This document shows positions 12,601-26,405 of a DNA stretch of 64,000 nt, piece after piece. Both the position numbers and the translations under genes were made by a program. This DNA comes from Curvularia clavata (lineage: Eukaryota), in the NCBI GenBank assembly GCA_023920165.1, contig CP089278.1, forward strand, positions 1,798,001 through 1,862,000, written 5' to 3'. The notes beneath the pieces are model-generated. The model was not told the origin of the DNA. It ran no database searches and was given only the letters and a program-made list of their open reading frames with translations. Within the stretch, counting starts at the first letter, position 1. Each line of letters begins with the position of its first letter.

Positions 12601-13029
12601 TGGGATGGCGCCAAGCGGGAGAGCAATGTACTGAGGACTCGAACTCATAATGTCCTTTTTCAGCTGATTCTCTGCCAGCACCAAAACCTCCGTGTCCCTG
12701 CGGAAGCTCTGCACAGCTGCCAAATACCCTGTGCGCTTTTGTTTAAACTTGGAGCTCGACATGACTTCGAGGACGTTAAAACTGGCCCAGGACATGTCGT
12801 GGCCAAACATTTCGAGATAGGTGAGCTTCATGAGGGCCGTGGCCTTGAGATCCATATCGTTTGTGCGAATTTCCTTGCGGCATTCTTTTATGCTCTCAGC
12901 AATGTACTCGCGCTCGTTGCCCTTGTGGTTGCGCAGGCCTCGAATGAGGTCAAAGAGTGATTTCTCGAACCTGCGCGCCGATTAGCTACGCCTACTGCAG
13001 CCGTCGGCAGTGTACTGTAAAGCCTACAT
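9698..13029 (-). CDS. APL5: AP-3 adaptor complex subunit delta
   Basis: MFEKSLFDLIRGLRNHKG N-terminus with the start codon split AT|G by an intron; adaptin N-terminal repeats (LTYLEMFGHDMSWASFNVLEVMSS, NNWMAIKLIKLF); Lys/Glu-rich tail. Confidence 0.95.
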
Positions 13030-13406
13030 CTTGGATGGCGGTCAAGCGACCAGGCGCAGTCGTGTGTCAAGGAATGGAAGCGCACGAGGAGGGGTAGTTT
13101 GGCGGGAGCGTCTGATGGTGGGCCAGCAGGCATGATCACTGGGATTGTGCAGGCATGGGGTATGGTGATGACTGAGGACGTCGACTCGGGTGGAGGGTAT
13201 CGTATCGTGTTGCTGTTGGCTTTCTTGTTTGTCACACGGCGTCTCTCTGGTCTGGCGACAAGCCAAGGTCGAGGTGCGGTTGTCGATTACCTACAGCGGA
13301 GACGCTAGTTTCGCCGACGGAGCTAGGACAGGCCTCCAGCACAGCTCAACTCCACGGTCCACCTAGCAGCCCATCGCCGGACGCCGACCTCACTCGGATT
13401 GCAGCC

Positions 13407-14465
13407 ATGTCACAAGCCAATCTGCTCTCGCCGCCCTCGCAAATACCACCTTCGACGGCCCTTGCCCTCTCACAAAAAGCGCCCCTCGTCCTGTCGTCGT
13501 CACCCACATCATCGCTGCCCTGGCCGCTCTCTCTCCTCTTCTCTCGGGAAACCCCGGAGACATGGACCATCCACGAGAACCTGTTCCTGTCCACACTGCG
13601 CACCGGTGACGAGAAGGCAGCGCTTCAGTTGCTGCAGCGTCTCGAGGCGCGGTTTGGCGACCAGAACGAGCGCATCATCACCCTGCGCGGCATCTACAAT
13701 GAGGCCACGTCCAAGTCCGATGCCGACCTAGAAAAGGTGTTTGCCGCATATGAGAAGATCCTCAAGGACGACCCCACCAACATGAGTATCCGAAAGCGGA
13801 GAGTAGCCGTGCTCAAGGCGCTGGGGAGGACAAATGATGCCATTACTGCTGTGACGGCACTGTTGCACATCAGCCCCACGGACGCCGAGGCCTGGGCCGA
13901 AGCCAGTGAGCTGTACGCTAGCACCGGCGCCTGGGGACAGGCCATATTCTGTGCAGAAGAGGTGCTGCTCATCACACCCAATGCCTGGACTGTGAGTTTT
14001 CCCATGTAGCCTCGCCCAAGCCTTCCCCGGAAACAACATGCTGACCCAGGGCGCACCCCTCCACAGGCACACGCCCACATTGCAACATTACATTACCTCT
14101 CCACAGCCACTAACAACCCACCCAATATGTCTTCTCTCGCCCTCGCACTCAAGCACTTTTGCCGCTCTGTCGAGCTCAACGACTCATATCTCCGCGGCTA
14201 CTACAGTCTCAAGCTCCTCACATCCAAGCTCCTCACCATACTCTCGGACCCCGCATCATCATCAGCAACCACTAAGCGTAACGCCCAAGACGACGCCGAA
14301 GATGTGTCCCTGCCCAGTCTCCAGGTCATCCAGAAGTTAGAGGAAATCGCAACCAACAAGCTTGCGGAAATGATTCGCAACTACAAGTCTGGCAAGAAGG
14401 GATGGCAGGGCTTTGAGGAGGCGGAAATCATCGCTGCAAGAGAACTCTTGGATAGAGATGGTTAA
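13407..14465 (+). CDS. EMC2: TPR protein, ER membrane protein complex subunit 2
   Basis: TPR-like helices (KILKDDPTNMSIRKRRVAVLK, SPTDAEAWAEASELY, AIFCAEEVLLITPNAW); intron 13992-14066. Confidence 0.85.
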
Positions 14466-15820
14466 GGCTGGGTAGAAGGAGTGAAAGAAGGTAACATTGA
14501 ACATGAAGATGTGATGTAACAAGAAAAACTTCACGGTGACGAATTGAGGCGTTTCGCGGCGGCGGCGTCATCTACTCTCTTTTTTTAATTGTTGGTCTTT
14601 GAGCCGTAGATTCCCAAGCTCAGCTTTTTCCCCATCCATTATATCACCGCCGTCCTCTCATCCTTTTTTTCCTAAGAAAAGATTGGAGAGGGCGATACCC
14701 AAGAGATGCTAGCGTGCAACGGAGCATGAGAAAGAGATTAGTGCTTAGGATATACCTCTTTCTACTTTTCTTCTTTTCTCTCCACTACACCACTTCTTTT
14801 TGATACAGGTTAATGCAAGACATGTGCACCATACGCATGTCGAGTTGGGGAGAAGAGTCTCACTCATATAGAGGTGGTAGAGAAAGACGCTATCTGCAAT
14901 ACCAATATGATAAGGCAATTAACTTCACCCAAACCGGCCAGACATTTCAAAGAGAAGAGTGATATTCGCGTTTTGTTTTGTCTCTTTCTCTCTGTACGTG
15001 ACTCTTCTCGCCACATCCCACCCCAATTCGTCTACCAACTCCGACTCTGACTCCAAAACCTCCATGTACAGTCCAAACAAACAATAAGGATAAGATAGGA
15101 TATGAGCCCTTCGTCCTCCAACCTCTCCACTCTGATCCCATATATCTGAGGTCTATATGCAAAAGAAAAAAAAGACAGAACAGACGCGTACACATCAACA
15201 CGGATACACAGTTAGACACCAGAAAGCTCTCTGTATATAGAAATCAACATAGACATACACCAAGAGAGGCAGAGACTTCGAAAATGTGATGAGACACAGC
15301 CCTTTACATACCAAAAAAGAAGTCGCTTACATGTATACGTATTTTTGGTTTGACCACCCTCATTCTCCTCATACCCCCCCTCCTTCCCAGCGAGTATGCG
15401 GGTTTCTCCAGAAGATTGGTGGGAAAGAACATAAAAAAAAGAAGAAGCCTACAGAGCAAGAAGGTAAGGAAAGTGAAAGAACGCCGTGTGTAAATGCAAC
15501 ATTATCCAAATACAAGAGTATAGAAAAAAATATGTTGAACCCCAGGGATTTCCCCCTACAAAAAAGAAAGTCGCGAAGCCAGGGTCCATGAAAAGTCGCT
15601 TCCATGTATTTTCGAAGCCTCAAGAAAATAGAAAGAGAGAGAGGAGACTCTTGGATCGCATTCTCTCCGTGTCCATTATATCCGTATTATGTTGCTGCTT
15701 TTAGATCTCTTTCCAAACATGCATAGGGCCGGGGGATTGAGTATGTGTGTGTGTATATGAAAGAGGGGGGAAACAAGTCGGAAATGCTCATATGTGAATG
15801 GCCGCATGTACGTACGACGT

Positions 15821-18690
15821 CTAAATGTTGAGGCCGCGAGTCAGGTCCTCGAGGCCAGAAGTACCGTTCTCCTTGCCCTTTGACTTGTTCTTTCTCGCGG
15901 CCATCTTACCCCAGTCTTCATTGTCATCATCAACTTCGGCAACGCTGACCTGCGGTCCAGGGCTGCCCTTCTTTAGTATGCCCTTGATGGCGCCCGTTCG
16001 GTTCTGATTGACTTGGAGCGTCATCGAGGTCCCGTTGGAAACGGCGTCAGAATGGTTAGCGACGGGTCGATACCTAGCGGACAAACCAACGTTAGAACGC
16101 TCGGATGGTGCGATGGAGGGAGTGTACCCTGGATGAGGGCCCATGAAGGACATTGTGCGTTGCTGTTGTTGCTGTGGGGGGAGTTGGGGAGGCCCTCCCA
16201 TCAACGACATTGTCCGGCCCTGGCCGTTGGGAACGTTTAGGAAGTTTCCGCCGCCACCAATGGTGCTGGCCGCGTAGCTGTTGTTGGTCATGGCCATGGA
16301 CATCCGAGGATCCTGCTGAGGTTGCTGCATCATCTGGAGTTGCATCTGCTGCATGGCAATCATCTGCTGCATCTGCTGCATCTGTTGCATTTGCTGCATG
16401 TAATCGCTGCCTTGCACGACTGGATAACCCATTTGACCCATGCCCATTCCCATGCCCATGCCGCCCATACCCATACCCATACCCATAGGACCCATTGGCA
16501 TCTGACCGCCCATCATGTTCATCATGGGGTTCATGCCAGGCATCATGGACATGCGGGTAGCGCTTTGATTTTGGCCACTGGCGTTCATCTGCTGGCCGAG
16601 CATGCCAGTAAAAGGACCGGCCTGGGGCGGCTTTTTGGCCGAACCACCACCCATGTACTTTTGCTTGGTCATGTCCCTCATCTGAATCTGGTCAACGAGT
16701 GAGGGTTGCGACAAGCCAGCTTCTTGGTAGATCATGTTGGGTGACATGCCCATGCCACCGACAACAGAATCACCAGCCACTGACGCGGGGCCTTGTGCAA
16801 AGCCATTGAAGCCCATCGACTCGCGATTTGTCGGTCGGATCAGACCACCACCGATGACGGGGCTGCTGTACGGATCCTGGGGCAAGTTCCGGGCAAAGGC
16901 TGGGAGACTCATGTTGTTGGCCATACGATGGCTCATGGCACCGGCAGAGGCTGGACGATCTGGAATGTAAGATGGCATGGCGTTGGTGGGCTGGCTGGGG
17001 TGCCTGTTGCGGGCTTGGCTGGGGAAGCCGTGCTGGGCAAGGATGCCTAGGGGAACGTCTTCGTCCTCCCATTCCTCTGCCTTCATGGAAGTCTCGGACG
17101 GGAAGCCCATGGCGTCTGGACCAGAGTCTGGACCGGTTCCGGTAGTGGAGCGGCGCATGGCCTCACGAGCAAAGTGCATCTGCTGATTCTTACGTCTCAA
17201 GAGCTCCTCTTCCTGCCGCCTCTTGATGGCGTCCTCCTCGTCCTCGTAGTCTTCATCTTCAGAGTCTTCCTCTGGCGGTGGCTGGTTCATGGCCTTCTTC
17301 TGGTACTCGCGGAACTCGGCCTGAGACATGACGCGTCGACTGGCATCGGTAACAGGGCCAGACGAGGACTTGTTTTCAGGTGCGAGGGTGGATGCTTTCC
17401 GTATTGTGGGGACTTGGGGCGCAGGTACAGGTTTCGCCTGGGTAAACAAGTCATCGTCGTCGTCATCATCCTTGCCCGTGTTGGATGAAGGTGCCGTTGG
17501 GGGAGCGGTAGCCTTTGGCGTGACGGTGTTGTTTGTTGTGCTAGAAGTAGTGACGGAGCGAGAAGAGTAGGGTGTCTCGTAAGAATTGGCAGACGACGAC
17601 GACATGGAGTTGGGCTTGGACTCAGGGGGCGTGTCGGTATATGTGTTCCTTTCCATGAAGGACTTGCGGACCATTTGAGCGTCGGAGTCGTGGAAGGTGG
17701 AGGGTTGATGGAAGGTAGGGCTCTCGGAAGCGACAGGGGCATATGCAGAGTACTTGTGGGGCGGCGGCGGTGGCGGTGAGGCTTCGCGGTCCGAGTGCGA
17801 CGAGGCCATGAGATTGTCTGCGGAATTGCGGCTGTCCCAGCTTTTCAGGGCAGGCTCGACGTCGAACTGAGACTTGATCTGTATAGGCTCGGGCTGGGCG
17901 GTACGCTTTTCGGCGAGCAGCGAGCGGCCAGAGGGCTGTTCGCGTTGGGCTTGGGGCGGGTCATTGCGCTGGAGATGACTAAACATGTCGTCCTCGAAGC
18001 CGCCAAAGCTCAGGTCTGCTTCGAGCTTAGGCGGGACAGCAGTGCTGGCGTAGCTCGATGTAGTCATGGCCCTATTTCGGCCGCTCCACCCTGAGCTGGA
18101 GAGGTCCTTGTATGACGACACGGTTGAGCTGGTCTTTGGCTGCAGAGGGAGCTGCTTCTTGGCGGCGGTGAGAGGAGCAGGCGAGCTGTTGTGCTGGGCG
18201 AGGGCAGGACGGGGGACGTTGGAGAAGAGATTGTCGTCAGAGCTGGCGTCGGTGGAGGAAGGGAGCGTCGAGGTGGAGCCGTGCTGGCCATTGGCATAGG
18301 GTCTCGAAGTGGAAAATTGAGTCCCACTGCTCGACTTGCTGTCGCTAATTAAAGGGTCAGTCCGGCCGACGCTATGACTTAGCGGCTAGAGACTTACCGT
18401 TTAGACGAGGCTGGAGAATCGTCGTCGAATGACTGATTGCGGTTCTTGCCTCCCGGGTGGCTGAAGCCGCTGAAGCGAGGGAACTTTGACGATCTCTCCT
18501 TCTCCTGTGTTTTACGCTGTTCTTTTGCCTTTTCGACCTCTGTCCTGCTGAGCAGGCGAAAGCCGCCCGCGTCGGCGGGCGAGGCGGAGGCGGTGGTGGT
18601 GTCGGGGCTGGTTGCCATGTCGACGTCGTCGAAGACGTTGCCCTGAGACTTGCGACGGGCAGTGAAGAGGCCGAGGCCTGGCTTGCCCAT
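15821..18690 (-). CDS. Large, mostly disordered fungal hypothetical protein with a Met/Gln/Gly-rich C-terminal region
   Basis: Start MGKPGLGLFTARRKSQG at 18690, one intron near 18397-18345, then a long open frame to 15821 containing EDEDVPLGIL and TPSIAPSERSNVG motifs. Confidence 0.8.
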
Positions 18691-20141
18691 GGTTGCAGCG
18701 GCGGCGGTGGGTGGATGGGGGAGCGTGTTTTGCAATGGAAGGAGCGCCCGCCAATGCCTCGAGGGGCCCTCTCTCAACAAGGAAGCGACAGGATCATGCA
18801 CTCGAGACGCGCAATGCGAGGCAGGTGCGATCGGGGCGAGTCTGGGGCAGCGGATGGGATGGATGCGACCAAGGGCCAAAAGTAGTCGGAAGGGGCCGGG
18901 GGATCACCACGGCAAGAGCGAGCGGCAGGCAAGCAAGCGAGTGAGGATTATCTGCAGTGTGGGATTAGCGACGAGTGCACAGAAGAAGAGAGAAAGCGAA
19001 AACGTGAGGGCGTAGGCGCAGGCGCAGGCGCAGACGAACAAGTTGTGCTGGACGAGCTGAAGCGGAGGCGGCTATGTTGGACTTTGGGAGCTTCGTATCG
19101 CGGCGGCGTTTCAACAACTGGGCCGTGCTGACGAGGCCCAGGGTCATCATTGTCATGGTCATCATCACCATGACCATCATCATGGCCGTCACCACGACGT
19201 GGACCAAGGCCAAATACACAGATGATGGCAGGCCGGGCAATTGGCGGAGAAGAGGACATGGTTCGGAGGGCGGAACTGGGGCTTACCAGACAGACCGACA
19301 GACACAGGCGGCGACGGCGAGGGCAAGCTGCGAGGGCAGTTTGTGCAGCGGAGCAGCGGTGATGTCGACGAGGGCAGAGGCGGGCGGAGCAAACGGCTGG
19401 GACAAGGAGCGCGTAGGTTGGTTGGGTGTATGTAGTATTAAGACCAGACGAACGAGGGCACGGATGGCGCCAGGCCATGGGCAGTCAGTGGATGGATGGA
19501 TGGGCAGTCAGGAGTGCGCCGCCCTCAGCCAACCGAGCCTGCGTCTGTCTAAGGTACCGTTCCATGGCGGGGCGCCCGATGCGGCCTAGCGCGCCCTGGG
19601 CATGGTCGACAACTGCCATCTTGGGCCGCCGCGTCTAGTCTTAAGTCGACTTCAACGCCCGTCGCGCGCCCGCCAGCTCGACGTCAGCCCGTCCATGGAT
19701 CGACTCGACACGCCCTGTGTGCCACGGCCGTGAGAGCGCGCCGGGCGGGCGACGACGACGACGCAGCCGGCAAACTGCTGGTCGAGTGCTGGGACACCAA
19801 GTGGGCTCCATGTCAGGGACCCTCTGGCCCAAATTTAGCCCGTCCAAGCTGCCAACCACGCTGCGAGCAGCCTCAACCTCCTCCGCCTCCGCCCTCAACC
19901 ACGCTGCCGCTGCGATCGCCGCCGCCCACTGACGCTTGACACTGACGTCCACTGCTGTCGGACCCCGACGTCATCCGCCCTTGCCTACATGTTCATTTCT
20001 ACCAAGAGCACGCTGCCGACGCTTGAATAGCCTTGCCCGTCAAGGCCACCCCACGTCGCCCTCTGCAGGGGCAACCATTCATACCCACTCGCCTTTTTTT
20101 TTTCCTGCACCACCTCTCGCCGCTGCATCTCCTCCCTATGT

Positions 20142-20175
20142 CTGCTGCTGCTGCTACTGCTGCTGCTGCTGCTGC
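20142..20175. repeat. (CTG)n microsatellite
   Basis: About 11 CTG units with one interruption. Confidence 0.9.
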
Positions 20176-23100
20176 CGTCGCTCAGCGCCCAGCCACGCGC
20201 TCCCCGCCCGGAAAGTAAAGTGCACCAGTTGCCCAACCACGCCCGCAACAAATGCTCGCCTTGGCATCCGGACTGCAACTCGTCGTCAAGCACCTGCCTG
20301 CTCCCAGGCCAACCAAGCTCAGGGGGGAGCCGGCGGTGGCGTGCTTATGCCGCCATGATCCATGCACGGGCCATGGTGCTCAATGACCCTCCCTGCTAGC
20401 CTTTTCTTCTCCTTGACTGGCTAGCGCCTGCATTTCGCAGTTACATCGTACCCACTACTTCCATGCTCGATACATACTACAAACTACACCACCAGCTGCC
20501 CTCGACGACATGCAAGACATGATGCCACGCCCTCTGCCATTCTCCCCTCGAGAGACGTCGTGTCGCACACGCACGCACATCTCTACACGTCATATTTACC
20601 CACACACACACACACACACCGTGGCCTTGCCTGCTGCCAAACCTTGCCCTCGGAGCTGCCAGCCACCCGTCACATATGCGCTGCCAAATTTCCTTTTGAT
20701 TATGCCTGTCCATCCACTGCTCCTGCAACCACCGGCTGGTTCGCTGGCCTGCCCGCTGCACTCGTCGCGCGTTGGCTGCATCCGTCGCCAACCTCGTGCA
20801 CCGCTGCATCGCATCACTGGCTGCTGCAGGACATGACTCCGTCATCTCTTAGCTCTCCCGCCCCTCGCTCCCCTCCAGCCTCTCGTCTGCCCACCCGTCG
20901 TCCAACTCCACTCCACCCACCGCCCGAACGCGTAATCTTGCCTGCGTCCAAACAAAAATCTGGGGACTGGCCCGGTCAGTCCATCGTCATTGCCGTGCGT
21001 CTCAACATGCACCCAAACGCCTTTTGATCGATCTGCATTCAGCTCGCAACCTCGACCCGCTGCTGTTGGGAAGCCGCCCTGCCCTGCCCTGCCCTGCTCG
21101 TCTCACAAGCGGATGATCGCCAATGCTTTTCCTTCGGTCCTTTGCGTCTGTGATTACGTGTTCCCGCTCTGTTTATTCTCTCCTTCCCACTGCTGTCCCC
21201 AAACCGCACCCCGGCCTTATTCTTCTTTCCTAATCTCGCTTGATACCCGCATGATTATCGATACTCTTCCTGGCTCTTAATAAAGACGTCTTCTTTGTCT
21301 GCCAACAATACTCCGAAGCTCGCGGAACTGCTAAATTATTTTTCTTGTTGCCCATGTCCAAACTGGGAAAGACCGGTGACGCCGTTGCAGGATTACCATC
21401 CTCGTATCCAGTCTCCATCCTGGGACAATAGTCGTTGGTCCGCTTTTTGCTTCTTTGCCCTGTTTTCGTCCACGATTCGCAGCAACTCTGTAGGCTAGGA
21501 ACACAATCGGCTCCGTGTAGAGTAGCGCGGTAAATCAAGGCCTGGTAGTGGCCACGACGCGCCACTTTTCCAACATTCGTAGCCTCAGACCAGCTGCCCT
21601 CCATCCACTTTGCGACGGAGACTACCATGTGGCTTTGTGTTTTTCTCGACAAGTTTGCGTCAAAGCGGCTGTCAATACTGCAACCATGCTAATAAACAAC
21701 TACAAACACACACAGCTGTTCATCTGCTAAATCCATCTCAGCCAGCTCTTCTATACGCCCACTCCAAATGGCTGTTCCGCAGGTACCATCAAACTACATG
21801 AAGCTAAAGCAGGTTAGTCCAAGCACATACAGTCTGTCGAGAAGAAAAAGCACAAACTGTCGGTTGTAACACTTCCCCGCACCCAGCTCGGTAATAGTAC
21901 TAGCGGTATACTATTTGTCAGGCTTTTCTAGAATACGACGACTGCAAGTTACTGTGGTTGAATGTTTCAGTGCGCGCATGGGGTGAACAAGGCATACAGA
22001 AGTAACGAAATCAGCTTGATTGTCACAAAACAATGTGATTTGTAGTTCTAAAAAGAAACACGTGGGGACTGCGGTAAAACACCTTTTGGGGATTCCGCTC
22101 TTTGTAGCATCGCAGGATCTACGTTCGTTATTCGGTTTCTTCGAGTGAGAAAAGGATACACTAACCCATTATCCCATTCAAACTCTTGTATAAGTCCTCT
22201 TTCCTCATCTTTAGACCAAGGGTAGAGAACACTAGCGAGAACGGCATAAAGAATACTCGACCAAGTTAAAGGACACCGGTAGGTGAATTCGTCTGCGCCT
22301 TCTCTCTCTCGTTATGCATGCACGTGATCATATTCTCTCGTGTCCCTGCGGCTTCATGCATGAACACGATCTACCATCCACGCGCCCTTCTCTTTCGTAC
22401 CCGCCTGACGCTCTCCCACCTACCCCGGCGGCGCCGACACGCAAAAGCCCCCCTCCCTGCCTCGTCCATCGGCAAGCCTACAAAGAACAACAATCGCATG
22501 CAGCAAGCCATCTTGTCAGTGTACCTACATGTCCGCGTGCATACCTACATACATCCAGCCCCGTACATATGCATGAAATACCAAAACCCCACTTAGCCCC
22601 CGACTCTGCGCATTCTAACGGGCCACAGGATGCCAGGTCGGCCTTTTCGCAATGCGTCGACTGCGTCATCAGACAGGTCAGTAGCGCAACGTGCATGTGT
22701 GTTCGACCCCATTCATTAGGTCCCTAGTCAAGCCAGTAGTGAGCAGATGACTCTTCAACCACGGTTATAACACGAGCAAACAAGTTCGGTGGTTGCACAT
22801 TCCGCTGGCCAGCACATTGGTCTTATGCGACGAAAAGCACCTTGCAGACACATGAGTGTGTGACATGCTCTGCTGACAAACATAATTCCGATGTCCGGTT
22901 GTACGGCATTCTCTGCCGCATGTGAGATAAGTGAAGAGAAAAAATAATAATATCCGAATCTAACAGCTTTTTGATTCAGGAGATGTGCGGACATGTTTGG
23001 TTCATATAGGCGAGTTACGACCCTAACATGTTTTTTTTTTTGTTTTTTGTTTTTTGAAATTCACGAAAGGGAAACCCCAAGAAGAAAGGCGGAGATAAGA

Positions 23101-23772
23101 ATAAGATCTGAAGCAACCCTGGACTCGATTCGTCGACTCATGAAGACAAGGAATTGAGCGAAAAGAAAACACTCCCTAACAAATCTACTTAATCCTCCAA
23201 AAGCCGTCATAAGAGAAGATCATATGCATTTGATGGGACAAGGTCAATTCTGATCATGTCCATGCGACTCAAACTGTATAGTTTATGCGTATACACTATT
23301 GATCCGTCACTAGACGACAATATATCAATCTCCTCCACTCTGCCTAACGAGTAGGTCCGAGGAGAAATGATGGCAGTAGCAAAAGAGAACATGGTAGGAT
23401 AATCAAAAACAAATTCGTCATAGCATCAGTTCTGGTTGTATATAATTCGCGTTATATTGGAGTTAGTAGTAAAGGAGTTGGTAGTACACAATCTGCTTTT
23501 ACAAAAAAAAAAGTCCTGTAGGTAAACGAATACACAACAGACTGCTTTCTGGTAGTGCCAAGGGTATCAAATTGAATAGGTCTATGATGGCTGTGCGGTT
23601 ACAAGAGAATGCTCTCAAACTGAAGAATCGTCGTAAACTCATAACCAAATGCGTTGCGTACATGGGTATCAAAGCACAACCGAAGGAGGGAGAGCAATGC
23701 GCGCTCCAAGAAAGCAAATCCGTGACATGTCTACGTAAAGGTGCATCGTAAGCGGGATGAAGAGTTGGCCGA

Positions 23773-26405
23773 TCAGTTCCAAGCACCGTTGGCGCCGTTA
23801 ATCGCGGAGCTGTCTGATCCATCCGAAGATCTGACATGCTTATTGATCCAGACGTCGTTAAGCCTGGAATAGTTAGTGTGGATACTCGGTGTCGAAGAGG
23901 AAATACATACGGCATGACGAGACTGGGGTTCTCAAATCGCAAACCACTCTCGCGTGCTTCGTCCAAGGTAAGCCTGCCCATGACCCTTCGGCCGATTCGC
24001 CCGGGGGCAAAGGACTCTTCTTGGATGTCACGCCCTAGATCCGATGGCTCTGGCCTTCGAAGACTTTTTAGGGCGATAAACTTCATCAGTGGCCGATAGG
24101 TACGGGCAAAAACGAACAAGAACCACAGAGTACCAATGACAAGTGGTCCTACAAGCACGGCTCGTTTGAAAGCTTTCTTCAAAGCCAACTGACCAGCAAC
24201 AGTAATTTGGAACAGTACGACACCTATGATGACCCGGTCGCACATCATGGTCCAGCCCCTTCCAGTCGAGTGTTGCCGGTGCTCCATCGCGTACAAGAGC
24301 TGATATTTATGGACGTAGTGGCCAATCATGAAGTAGACCAATCCAGTAAGCAAAACCTGCCAAGAGTCTTTCAACACACTGTAAACCATACAGATGATGA
24401 AGATGAGGATCGTCTGTGGAAGATAAAAGCCGTAGCTGAAGACTGGGGGCTGCACTAGTTCGGCATAGTCTCGAGGTGTTTTGGCGCCAATCAAGTATAC
24501 AGGATACAAGGAAAGGGCCCCAAACTCCAAAAGTCGGAATGGAAAGACTCCCAACCCTTGCAACATGATGAAGTTTGTGTAAAAGCCCAATAGATTGGCT
24601 AGCGACGTAGCCAGCGCGTATGCAATCTCGGTGGCACTCGTGAGTTTTTCGGCGAAGTGCTCGAGCATAGCGAGGAACCCAGATGCTGTTCCCAGTATTG
24701 TGAAGAGTATGAAGAAGTTGAAAAATGTGTAAAAGAAGTTCTTCGAAATGACTGAGAGCTCCACGTCACCCTGCGAAATCATACCTTGTTTGTTTGCAAG
24801 CCCTAGCCAATTAGCACTGCTCACTATTGTTAAACAGTATCAATACTTACAGTCGTACAGGAACGGTACAGCTACGTTGATCAAAGTCAAGGCCAGCGTC
24901 GGAAGCTGGGTATTGACTATAGACTCAAGAGTATCGTGCCTCGACAACAGCTCCGCAAGCCCAGGAAAGACCCCATCAATGGAACAAGTGTTGAGAGCAC
25001 CGGCAATGGGCACGAGGAGGGCTGTCCAGAAAATGCTCAGTATACCAATGGCGACGGTAATAGACCAGGCCCTGAATACCCGCTGGCCACGAGTCAGATA
25101 GGTGTTTGACCAGACTACATCTGACGGCGCTGGAGAGTTCTTTGCCAAGAGTTGTAATGGTGAAGGGTCGAGCACGGCCTGGATGGCCATCTGAGCGCTC
25201 GCCACACTATCCATTGTTACAAACGCCAAAGGCATTGGTTCAAAGTCTTTCTTGCGTAGCGCTCGGATCTCTTCGTCGATCCTCCGCAGCTTCTCCTCGT
25301 AATAGTCGATGGCATCCACGTTCCTGTACCTCAGCTTGAAAGGGCCGTACCATATTCTGGCTTTTGGGCGTTTTTGGGCATACGGAACGACGTGGTCGGG
25401 GTCACGCTCTGAGTCGCTCAAGAATTGGCTCCGCTCGTCCTCGTAGTCGCTTCTGTCACCCAAGGGCTCCGGCGGTCGCGGTTGGACCACCGGTAGAGTC
25501 TCGAGACTGCGCTCCACCCTTCTGCTACCGAGATGAACAGTCCAGGCCTCCTCCAGTTTCCGTACAATAGCACGCCTCTCAATGAGCTTCCTGTCCAGTT
25601 CCCTCCAGTTTCTGCAGAGCGTCACGCTCTCTACTTTGCCAATGCCGAGGTCCATGATGAATTCTTTGATTTTATCCTCAGACCGGAGATCCACCGGAAT
25701 GCCGGAAAGTTTAATGGTTCGATCGGTAATGGTGGTCTGGCTACCGAGATACTCCTGCCGGATATCAATGATGCGTCTTGTTTCCGAGACAATCAGGTAT
25801 AGGATAAGGGCGGTGAAGAGGTACACGAAGACGAGATACATCCATAGGTAATCGGTATAGCGTTCGTACTCTGCGGCAAATGTAGTCAAGGTGCTGCGGA
25901 TCTCGATTCGCTCGTAGCTGGGGGTGGTATGAATTGGGGATTTCTTTCCCTCCTTGTCTTGGTGGGTGTCATGCACCGGCTTGATGACGACTAGCGCGAA
26001 GAAGAGCGTGATGAGAAGGAATTTGATGGCCATCTTGAAGAAGGCAAGGTATACGTAGGCATCGAGGCCAGCCGATGCGAGCACCTGCTCGTCTGTGATT
26101 TTCCATAGCGGTATGATCCAGCCAAAAAAGCTATCGGGGAGGTCGGGCAGCGCTGTTGCGAGGTTCTTCTGCTTCTTGCGTGCAGCATAGAGTCCTTTCC
26201 AACGCGGCCGGAGGAACTGAGGAGCTGATTATTAGCTAGGCAATGGATGCGACCGGCGCGAACGTACACAAAAGACGAGGAATGCGCCCACACCGAGTGT
26301 TAGGGAGAGGTATAGTTGGAGCCGGACATCGCGCGGCCGCCCGGTGCCCCAAGGATCTTCGCCGATAGCCGGACAAGTCTTGTTGCGTCTAGGAGTATCT
26401 ACCAT
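23773..26405 (-). CDS. CSC1: CSC1/OSCA/TMEM63 (DUF221) calcium-permeable stress-gated channel
   Basis: Multi-TM protein with AGLDAYVYLAFFKM, TITDRTIKLSGIP, VDAIDYY, LAFVTMDS, APSDVVWSN and YQLLY..E..QHSTGRGW motifs; three introns. The exact start codon is less certain. Confidence 0.92.

Noticed and set aside
19500..23500. Telomerase RNA or other known ncRNA in the long intergenic region
   Set aside because: I saw no TAACCCTAA template or recognisable snRNA, 5S or snoRNA motifs by eye.
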